The notes: generated from the sequence alone by a model not told the origin. Positions 8,357 through 15,698 are shown, counted from the stretch's first letter. The stretch is DNA of 17,195 nt from Calditrichaceae bacterium (GCA_050178385.1 JBFXGD010000065.1:1-17195), one strand, 5' to 3'. Made by a program: numbers and translations.

Positions 8357-9601
8357 ATGGCAGTTCTTAAACCTTTTAAAGGAATTCGTCCAAACCCAAA
8401 ATTAGCCGATAAGGTCGCTTCACCCCCTTATGACGTGCTCAACAGCAGCGAAGCCAGGGAATTGGCGAAAGACAACCCCTACTCATTCCTGCATATCAAC
8501 AAACCGGAGATCGACTTACCCCCCGACACAATTTTGTATGATGAAAAAGTGTATAAAAAAGGCTCTGAGAATCTTAATCGCTTTAGGAAAGAAGGCATTT
8601 TTATACAGGATAATAAAGCGTGTTTCTATATTTACCGCCAGATAATGGGAACACACTCACAAGTGGGCCTAGTCGCGGGCGCATCAGTGGATGAATATCA
8701 AAATGATTTTATAAAAAAGCACGAATTAACCCGCGCCGTGAAAGAAGAAGACCGGATTAATCACGTTCGTCATTTAAACGCTCAAACCGGGCCGGTTTTT
8801 CTGACATACAAATCCCGGCCGGAAATAGATAAATTAGTAGAAACGATTATTGCGGCCGAACCAGTGTATGATTTTAAATCTGACGACGATATCAGGCATA
8901 CGGTATGGGTGGTCGATAAGGATGAAAATATTGAGTCGATTCAGACTTATTTCAGCAAAATTGATTATCTCTATGTCGCGGATGGGCATCACCGTTCAGC
9001 GGCGGCTTCCCGTGTGGCTGATATGCGAAAAAGTTCAAACCCTAAACACACCGGGGATGAGGAATATAATTATTTCCTGTCGGTTATTTTCCCGGATAAT
9101 CAGATGTATATAATGGACTATAACCGGGTGGTTACCGATTTAAATGGCTTGACCAAAGATGAATTTCTGGTGAAGATAGCGGGAAAATTTGATGTAAAAA
9201 AACTGGGTAAAGACGGATTCAAACCGATGGAAAAGCACTCTTTCGTGATGTATCTGGATGGAGCCTGGTATTTGCTTTACGCGCATGAAAATTCCTTTAA
9301 TGAACAAGATCCGGTTGCCCGACTCGATGTCTCCATACTTCAGATAAACCTGCTTAGTCCCATTCTGGGGATAGGTGACCCCCGCAAGGATGACCGCATC
9401 GATTTTGTAGGCGGTATAAGGGGATTAAATGAGCTTAAAAAGCGGGTGGATTCAGGTGAGATGAAGGTTGCGTTCGCGCTATTTCCCACCTCCATAGAAG
9501 ATCTCATGGCCATTGCTGATGAGGGTAAAACAATGCCGCCCAAGTCAACCTGGTTCGAACCAAAACTTCGCAGCGGATTATTAATCCACGAATTGGATTA
9601 A
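8357..9601 (+). CDS. DUF1015 family protein (ParB/Srx-like fold, DGHHR motif)
   Basis: MAVLKPFKGIRP...SPPYDV, IKKHELTR..KEEDR, YVADGHHRSAAA and MPPKSTWFEPKLRSGL motifs. Strong SD AAGGAG 6 nt before ATG 8357; the ORF-track GTG 8309 is unlikely to be the start. Confidence 0.92.
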   Translation: MAVLKPFKGIRPNPKLADKVASPPYDVLNSSEARELAKDNPYSFLHINKPEIDLPPDTILYDEKVYKKGSENLNRFRKEGIFIQDNKACFYIYRQIMGTHSQVGLVAGASVDEYQNDFIKKHELTRAVKEEDRINHVRHLNAQTGPVFLTYKSRPEIDKLVETIIAAEPVYDFKSDDDIRHTVWVVDKDENIESIQTYFSKIDYLYVADGHHRSAAASRVADMRKSSNPKHTGDEEYNYFLSVIFPDNQMYIMDYNRVVTDLNGLTKDEFLVKIAGKFDVKKLGKDGFKPMEKHSFVMYLDGAWYLLYAHENSFNEQDPVARLDVSILQINLLSPILGIGDPRKDDRIDFVGGIRGLNELKKRVDSGEMKVAFALFPTSIEDLMAIADEGKTMPPKSTWFEPKLRSGLLIHELD

Positions 9602-9632
9602 TATCCTTTTTATTAAGTATGCTGGATTAAAT

Positions 9633-9673
9633 AAAATAAGCCGGAACAATACCATGCTCCGGCTTATTTTTTT
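9633..9673. terminator. Bidirectional intrinsic terminator between DUF1015 and the NtrC-family gene
   Basis: AAAATAAGCCGGAACA-atacca-TGCTCCGGCTTATTTT(TTT): a 16-bp stem with one mismatch (G:U on the minus strand) and A/T tracts on both sides, lying between convergent genes. Confidence 0.9.
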
Positions 9674-9695
9674 AATACAAATTTAGGGTTGAGAG

Positions 9696-11036
9696 CTATT
9701 TTAAGCTATCGATTCCTAATCTATCCATCATCGAGTACAGTCTTCTCCGGGTAATGCCAAGAATCTTTGCCGCGTGACTTTTATTTCCGGCACATTTTTC
9801 CAATGCCCCGGTAATCAATTTCTTTTCGAAATCATCAAGGCTGAATCCTTCATCGGGGATATTTAATGTTTTCATTTCCGGATTTGCGCTGTTATTCGAT
9901 AGTTCCTGCAGATCCGCGCTTGTTATCACAGAATCGGAAATCAGCGCGGCGCGTGTAATGATGTTTTCGAGTTCCCTCACATTCCCCGGATAGTCATATT
10001 CGATGAGTTTACGTTTTGCATCCTGCGATACGGATTTGTCAGGATAGGCTCTAAGAAAATACTCAAGAAGCTCGGGGATATCTTCTTTTCTATTTCGTAA
10101 TGCCGGTAAATTTATCGGAAATATGTTAATTCTGTAATAAAGATCTGACCGGAACTGCTTATCCGCAATCATTTCTTCCAAATTCCGGTGCGTTGCCGTG
10201 ATCAGTCTGACATCAATATTGATTTTTTCTCGTCCACCAAGACGGGTAACTTCTCTGTTCTGCAGCACACGTAATATTTTTGCCTGAAGCCCGATGGCAA
10301 GATCACCAATTTCATCCAGAAAAAGCGTTCCCCCGTTAGCCAGTTCTAACTGTCCGGGCTTACGCTGATCTGCCCCGGTAAATGCCCCTTTTTCATATCC
10401 AAATAATTCACTTTCAAGAAGGGTCTCAGGCAAAGCGGCGCAATTTAAGGCAATAAAAGTGGCATCCCGTCTTCTGCTTCCGGCATGGATAGCCTGAGCG
10501 ACCAATTCTTTCCCTGTTCCGCTTTCTCCCCGAATCAGTACCGCAGTTTCACTATCATCAACTTGTCCGATTAATCTGAAAACCTCCCGCATTTTTTTGC
10601 TTTTTCCGATAATTCCGGGAAATGAATCCGGCAGGGAAGCTAAATTTTTTAATCTTTTGTTTTCATCTTCCAGATTCTTCTGGTTTAGAATTCTATTCAC
10701 GCGCAGACTAAGTTCATCCATTTTAAAGGGCTTGATCAGATAATCATAGGCCCCTTTTTTCATCGCGTCCAGCGCGGTTTCCTGAGTCGCGAATGCAGTG
10801 ATGAGAATGACTTCGGTCCCGGGGCTGTGTTTTTTTGTAAACTCCAGCACAGCCATGCCGTCAACATCATTCATCTTCAGATCGGTTACCACAATATCAT
10901 ATGTTTTCTGTTGAATCAGGTCAAGCGCGTTTTTACCGGAAAAGGCCATATCGACATCATGATCATTCAACTCGAACTCAGCCTTGATCAGCTTACACAT
11001 ACGTTCTTCGTTGTCAACCGTGAGTACTTTTGCCAT
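9696..11036 (-). CDS. Sigma-54-dependent response regulator (NtrC/AtoC/ZraR family; REC-AAA+-Fis HTH)
   Basis: REC domain (VDNE, phosphoacceptor VVTDLKM, ITAFA, IKPF), Walker A GESGTGKE, ESELFGYEKGAFTGA, Walker B LFLDEIG, YPGNVRELEN and HTH NKSHAAKILGITRRRLY. Confidence 0.95.
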   Translation of the reverse strand: MAKVLTVDNEERMCKLIKAEFELNDHDVDMAFSGKNALDLIQQKTYDIVVTDLKMNDVDGMAVLEFTKKHSPGTEVILITAFATQETALDAMKKGAYDYLIKPFKMDELSLRVNRILNQKNLEDENKRLKNLASLPDSFPGIIGKSKKMREVFRLIGQVDDSETAVLIRGESGTGKELVAQAIHAGSRRRDATFIALNCAALPETLLESELFGYEKGAFTGADQRKPGQLELANGGTLFLDEIGDLAIGLQAKILRVLQNREVTRLGGREKINIDVRLITATHRNLEEMIADKQFRSDLYYRINIFPINLPALRNRKEDIPELLEYFLRAYPDKSVSQDAKRKLIEYDYPGNVRELENIITRAALISDSVITSADLQELSNNSANPEMKTLNIPDEGFSLDDFEKKLITGALEKCAGNKSHAAKILGITRRRLYSMMDRLGIDSLK

Positions 11037-11041
11037 GGTGA

Positions 11042-12190
11042 TTATCTAAGAATTGCTCTTAAGAGGATTAAAAAGCCGTTTTTATTTTTTTTGAGCAGAT
11101 CGTGATTTTCTTTAGCGATTTCTAATTGAGGATTTATCTTAACCGCATTTTCAAATTCATTAATAGATTTTAAAAAGTAGTCCCGGCATTGAATTAAATG
11201 AATCACTCCAAGTTCATTCCAGTAATCGGCATACATCGGATGCGCTTCCACTTCATCTTTGACGAGTTTTTCAAAATACTCAAGCTCATCGTTTGTCAGC
11301 TCCTTACCGCCGTACATGAATTTGAGAAGAAAGAAATCCATCATCTCATTGCTTTCTTCAATGGTCGCGATATCAAGCTGAATTTTGGCAAGAGCCTGAA
11401 TGATTTTATTTTTTTTCCCGGACTGTATGGATTCAAGTGCTTGCTCGAATTTGATTTTCCACGGATCACTTTGATACCGCTGATGGTCCTTCATCGCTTT
11501 AAAAAAACGAAGAACTCTCGCTGGAATTACCACATTTCCTTTCTCTGAACTGTCTCTGACAGTCGACAGAAAAAGGACAATACCCAGATTAAAATTCGCT
11601 TCCATATAGTCACTTTTGATATCGATAGCATTCTGGAGATATTTTGTGGCTCTCTCATACTCACCGACCTGGGTAAGCGCGACACCGAGGAGATTAAGGA
11701 TATCAGGATATTTATTCTTTAGATTATGCGCATTTTGAAATATCTCTACTGCATCATTCAGGTGCCCTGCTGCGAGATATGCCAACCCCAGTCTTTTCAT
11801 ACCTCTTATGAAATCAGGTTTCTGTGCTATAGCTTCCTTGAAATTACCGATAGATTCTTCATAAAATCCTTTAGCATAGAAAATTTTACCAAGACGGTAA
11901 TGAGGAAGATACTGTTTAACCCCTTTGAGTTTATCGTTGATGATGAACAGCAGCTTGATATCATCAATAATTGTTTGGTGTGTTTCGTATGTAACGGATT
12001 TCAGATATTCGTCATCTGATGTGTCGTTTTCCGGGATCCGCTCGTCGTAGTACTCAAACGCCGTGAAAATGAACCTTCCGCTTTCAAATACTTCTGTGGA
12101 AATTACATTTTTGTTGGGATTGTTGCCCGTGTGAATCTGGAATTCTCTGGAACCGATCGTTATTTTTTCTTGATACCCTATTCCCTTCAA
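11042..12190 (-). CDS. Cytoplasmic TPR protein with an uncharacterised N-terminal alpha/beta domain
   Basis: Canonical TPRs (HYRLGKIFYAKGFYEESIGNFKEAIAQKPDF, LGLAYLAAGHLNDAVEIFQNA, YPDILNLLGVALTQVGEYERA, YADYWNELGVIH) and no signal peptide. AAGGAG 6 nt before TTG 12190 favours that start over GTG 12205. The gene ends 5 nt before the NtrC start. Confidence 0.8.
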   Translation of the reverse strand: MKGIGYQEKITIGSREFQIHTGNNPNKNVISTEVFESGRFIFTAFEYYDERIPENDTSDDEYLKSVTYETHQTIIDDIKLLFIINDKLKGVKQYLPHYRLGKIFYAKGFYEESIGNFKEAIAQKPDFIRGMKRLGLAYLAAGHLNDAVEIFQNAHNLKNKYPDILNLLGVALTQVGEYERATKYLQNAIDIKSDYMEANFNLGIVLFLSTVRDSSEKGNVVIPARVLRFFKAMKDHQRYQSDPWKIKFEQALESIQSGKKNKIIQALAKIQLDIATIEESNEMMDFFLLKFMYGGKELTNDELEYFEKLVKDEVEAHPMYADYWNELGVIHLIQCRDYFLKSINEFENAVKINPQLEIAKENHDLLKKNKNGFLILLRAILR

Positions 12191-12222
12191 AAAGCACTCC
12201 TTCACAACTGGTAATTATTAAG

Positions 12223-12251
12223 AATATAGTATATCGAATCTTTTTTATCAA
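12223..12251 (-). promoter_or_regulatory. Candidate sigma-70 promoter for TPR-ntrC (TTGATA-17-TATATT)
   Basis: Minus strand reads TTGATA aaaaagattcgatatac TATATT: 5/6 match at -35, 5/6 at -10, optimal spacer, about 30 nt upstream of the start. Confidence 0.6.
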
Positions 12252-12317
12252 TTATTTAAATAGATGTAAATCAAAATTTCAGAATTATTTTATGGGGCAA
12301 CACAATAGTTTAATAAT

Positions 12318-12728
12318 TTAATGTTTTTTTCTTTCAAAATCTAATTTTCCGGAAAGCAGCTGATCAACTTTATTTTTCAGCAAACAGACATCAAAAGGCT
12401 TTGCGATCATGTCATCCGCGTCTTTCGCAAGTGCTCTTTCCGTAGTTTTATCGGCAGAAAAATAGGTGTACATAATAATAATTTTAATATTAGAATGATT
12501 TTCTCTCAGTTTATCAATCAGGTGTACAAGGTTGTAGTCAGCATTGTCCGCTTCAAGAATTAACAGGTCGATCTTATTCAAAAGAATGCTGTAATCTATA
12601 TACTCCATCCCCTGACGCGTGAAGACATTGTAATTTTCTTCCAGAAAAAGTCTGACATCCCTACAAAATTCTTTGTCTGGGTCAATTACAAGTATATTAT
12701 TACGTTGCGCTGAACTTGAACTTTCCAT
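12318..12728 (-). CDS. Single-domain atypical (aspartate-less) receiver protein
   Basis: CheY-like pattern ILVIDPD...DLLILE...IIIMYT...IAKPFD. The phosphoacceptor position holds Glu59. Confidence 0.85.
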   Translation of the reverse strand: MESSSSAQRNNILVIDPDKEFCRDVRLFLEENYNVFTRQGMEYIDYSILLNKIDLLILEADNADYNLVHLIDKLRENHSNIKIIIMYTYFSADKTTERALAKDADDMIAKPFDVCLLKNKVDQLLSGKLDFERKKH

Positions 12729-12740
12729 AACTACGGTTAA

Positions 12741-12757
12741 AGCAAATGGAATGCCAA
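12741..12757 (-). promoter_or_regulatory. Sigma-54 (-24/-12) promoter
   Basis: Minus strand TTGGCATTCCATTTGCT matches YTGGCAC-N5-TTGCW with the exact GG-N10-GC spacing. It lies directly upstream of the receiver gene and two genes from a sigma-54 activator. Confidence 0.8.
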
Positions 12758-12807
12758 CGCAGTGAAGATTCTGTTATTTCGTCTGGCGGAAAACCGATTG
12801 AATAATT

Positions 12808-12939
12808 TTTTTAAATATCACAAGTGCAATCTGTTATTTTTTATATGGTTAAGATAGTTTTTTTATTATTGACAGCTGCATCGCCGGGAAAATGATACTC
12901 CTGATGAAAAGATCTTTCTAAATTTTTAAATATCACCAG
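12808..12939. repeat. 17-bp direct repeat TTTTTAAATATCAC(A/C)AG, two copies
   Basis: Copies at 12808-12824 and 12923-12939, 16/17 identical, 115 bp apart, upstream of the sigma-54 promoter. Confidence 0.6.
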
Positions 12940-12984
12940 CTTCCCATAAATAAAAGGGATATTTTGTGGATTCTCAAAAGTGGG

Positions 12985-13041
12985 AAAAGAAAAATAATCC
13001 GACCGGGCAGTCATTATGACTTTTTTACCAGGCGGGATTAT
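12985..13041 (-). terminator. Probable intrinsic terminator after the OmpA-domain gene
   Basis: Minus strand ATAATCCCGCCTGG...AGTCA-TAA-TGACT...CCCGGTCGGATTAT forms an imperfect stem followed by TTTTCTTTT. Confidence 0.55.
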
Positions 13042-13074
13042 GTAATTATCCTGTTCAACCGAACATTCAGAAAT

Positions 13075-14487
13075 TTAATTTTCAAGCGAAATGACCACAT
13101 CAATTCTGCGGTTATTCGCCTTCCCTTCGCGTGTTTCATTGGAAGCAATCGGTCTTTCTTCGCCAAAACCGAGATGTGAAATTTGTTCGGGCTGAACATC
13201 CATATTCGCCAACAGATATTCTCTTACAGCCCCCGCGCGCTGCTCGGACAGAACTTTGTTTTTGTAAGCGTCTCCCACGGAGTCTGTATGACCTTCGATG
13301 AGTATATGGCTGCCCGGGAATTCATTTATCGCGCGCTGAATCTTTGTGAGCAGAGAAAAATATTCCGGTTGTATAATCGCCTGCCCGGACGGAAAATTAA
13401 AACCGGCGAGACGAATGATCAGATTATCTCCTTCATAAATCACTTTTGCTTCTTCGGGTGTAAATAAACTTTTTACTTTTTCGATCTTCTTCTCACGGTT
13501 CAGTTTTTTCTGAAGCTCGGCGGAATAATTGGCTTCCCGCTCTCTTACTGCATTCAATTCTTCTTCAAGTTCTGAATTTTCATCAACCAGCCTCTTTTTC
13601 TCTTCTTTCAAATTTTGGATGTATGCGGTTAAGGATTTAACCCCGTTATCCATTCCTTCTTCAAATGACGGCTGATAATTGAAAAGGGAGCTCAGATTGG
13701 TCAGGATTTCTTCAAATTTAAGAATTACATTTTCCCAGTTTTGTTGTTTTTTGGATAAAACAATGATCATTTTTGCCAGATATTGCGCATGCCGCCCCTG
13801 ATAGGCTGCTTCCTGAGCTTTTTTGATCGCTTCATCTCTGGCGTAACGATCTCTGTTAAGAATTTGTTCAGCCTGCGCCAATAGATTCTGCGCGTTACTA
13901 AGAGTATGGAAACAATACTCTTTCGCGTTTGCTTCTTCAGCAAGCGCTACCTGTTCCCTGGCTTCTCCAAGTATTCCGTTCTTAATCGCCAGTAGCTCGG
14001 CTTTTTTATACAAGTCAATCGACTCGGCTCCCTTTTTTCTGGCTCCGTTCATATCATCATCTTCGAGCTCTCGCGTCGCATCACTGAATTTTTTCTCAGC
14101 TTCCTCCCAGTCTCGTTCTGAATATAAAGGCGCATCGGCCGACAGCGCGGCATCGCGGGCTTCAATAGCCGAAGCGAGTGATACCTTCGCCAGCTTAATC
14201 ACTTCAAGGGTTCTGTTTGCATATCCGGATGCTTCATCGAGGCTGCTCCTGACGGTCTTTATGCTCTTCTTAGAATCATAATCATGGCTGGCCTCTTCAT
14301 ATTTCTCAATTGCTTTTTTAAAATTCTCCGGAGAAAGTATTTCACCGTTCTGAGCGCGCACTTCTTCGATCAGTTTTTCGTAATCCTGGAAGAACTTATC
14401 TTTTGGTGACATTTGCGCAAAGGCAACTTGAACGCTGAAAATTAGAATCAATATTGAAATCAGCCGATTTTTATTAAATTTCTTCAT
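13075..14487 (-). CDS. Secreted OmpA-C-terminal (peptidoglycan-binding) domain protein with DUF4398-like helical repeats and a coiled coil
   Basis: Sec signal peptide ending VAFA-Q, long Ala/Glu/Lys-rich helical region, and C-terminal IEGHTDSVG...NKVLSEQRAGAVREYL...GFGEERPIASN.T.EG.ANNRRIDV. SD GAGG 5 nt before the ATG. Confidence 0.9.
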   Translation of the reverse strand: MKKFNKNRLISILILIFSVQVAFAQMSPKDKFFQDYEKLIEEVRAQNGEILSPENFKKAIEKYEEASHDYDSKKSIKTVRSSLDEASGYANRTLEVIKLAKVSLASAIEARDAALSADAPLYSERDWEEAEKKFSDATRELEDDDMNGARKKGAESIDLYKKAELLAIKNGILGEAREQVALAEEANAKEYCFHTLSNAQNLLAQAEQILNRDRYARDEAIKKAQEAAYQGRHAQYLAKMIIVLSKKQQNWENVILKFEEILTNLSSLFNYQPSFEEGMDNGVKSLTAYIQNLKEEKKRLVDENSELEEELNAVREREANYSAELQKKLNREKKIEKVKSLFTPEEAKVIYEGDNLIIRLAGFNFPSGQAIIQPEYFSLLTKIQRAINEFPGSHILIEGHTDSVGDAYKNKVLSEQRAGAVREYLLANMDVQPEQISHLGFGEERPIASNETREGKANNRRIDVVISLEN

Positions 14488-14513
14488 AAATTCCTCTCTA
14501 ACTTATCCCCAAT

Positions 14514-15668
14514 TTATAAATGTACATTTTCAAACCGGGTTTGTAAAAATTTTTCAATTCTGTGCATTGCAACCGATCCGATACCTTTTACGGAAATTGC
14601 GGCATTATCATCCACCAAATCATTGAGAACCGATAAGATTTCGTCAATTGTATTCACTGAAAAGATCTTTTTATGATTTGTCCGGATCAGGGATGCCCCT
14701 TTGGCAATATACCCGGCATAATCCCCTACCGTAATCAGGTAATCGATAGGCAGCGCCGATAAAAAATATCCCATGTTTAAATGCTGCTCCTCAATGTTTG
14801 GCCCTGATTCCGTCATATCGCCGACAATATATATCAATTTTTCTGAATATGGTTTAAAAGCTATCAAAGATCGTGCCGCTTTGCTGACGGAACGCGGAGT
14901 TCCTACATAACTTTCATCAAGTACATAAAAATTGTTTATTTTAATCAATCGTCCACGCCCTCTTGACATCTGGAAACCGGACTTAAAAATTGCGACGATT
15001 TCCTGCAGAGAAAAGCCAAGATTTACAGCCGATGCAGCAGCTCCGAGAAAATTATAAACATCAGGAATGCTAAACAAGGGCAAAGTTATTTCATACTCCC
15101 CGTTCAGACGGAAATTGATACCTTCCGGCCCCACTTGTCTGATATCTGTCGCAAAATAATCGGAATTCGGGCTGAGTCCGTATTTTACTACTTTTGCCTT
15201 TGTAATATAATTCGCAAGTGATGAGCTTAATTCATCATCCTTATTTAGAATGGCAACTCCGTCCCGCGCAAGATATTTTACCACAGCGGATTTTTCAAGT
15301 GCTATCTCCATCATATTGCCGAGGTAATTCAGATGAGCATCACCGATATTTGTGACAATACCGATTGTAGGTTTGATCAGACGAAGAATCTCACTGAAAT
15401 GGTTTCCACGCTGATAATCGAACTCGAACAAGGCATAGTCATATTCGGAATTTAATTTTTCAAGGGTGGCAATATTATTCTGCCAGTTGCCAAACCCGTG
15501 AGCGTTTTTAAGTACTTTCCCTCTTGATTCCAGTATGGAACTCAGCATCTCCAGTGTTGTGGATTTGCCAAGATAACCGGTGATTCCTATAACAGGCTTG
15601 TTAAAAGCTCTTCGTAATGAGATATACTTTTTCTGTTCACTATGACTCAGTTTTCGCTTTGAATCCAA
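14514..15668 (-). CDS. MurF-like Mur ligase paralogue (central and C-terminal domains only, divergent motifs)
   Basis: VIGITGYLGKSTT P-loop, IVTNIGDAHLNYLG, EIALEKS, ILNKDD, GRG, VLDESY and VGDMTESG...HLNMG motifs. GGAGG 6 nt before TTG 15668 supports this start over TTG 15695. Confidence 0.8.
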   Translation of the reverse strand: MDSKRKLSHSEQKKYISLRRAFNKPVIGITGYLGKSTTLEMLSSILESRGKVLKNAHGFGNWQNNIATLEKLNSEYDYALFEFDYQRGNHFSEILRLIKPTIGIVTNIGDAHLNYLGNMMEIALEKSAVVKYLARDGVAILNKDDELSSSLANYITKAKVVKYGLSPNSDYFATDIRQVGPEGINFRLNGEYEITLPLFSIPDVYNFLGAAASAVNLGFSLQEIVAIFKSGFQMSRGRGRLIKINNFYVLDESYVGTPRSVSKAARSLIAFKPYSEKLIYIVGDMTESGPNIEEQHLNMGYFLSALPIDYLITVGDYAGYIAKGASLIRTNHKKIFSVNTIDEILSVLNDLVDDNAAISVKGIGSVAMHRIEKFLQTRFENVHL

Positions 15669-15698
15669 ACTAAACCTCCAGTCAGATTTCAGCAATGT

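Noticed and set aside
11007..11018. VDNE instead of VDDE in the NtrC receiver as a sign of a pseudo-receiver
   Set aside because: The phosphoacceptor Asp, the Thr and the Lys are all intact, and D-N variants of the acidic pocket occur in functional receivers, so the evidence for inactivity is insufficient.
12964..13179. 71-aa plus-strand ORF partly in the intergenic region
   Set aside because: GTG start with only a weak SD-like sequence; it runs through the terminator hairpin, overlaps the ompA 3' end antisense, and has no recognisable features.
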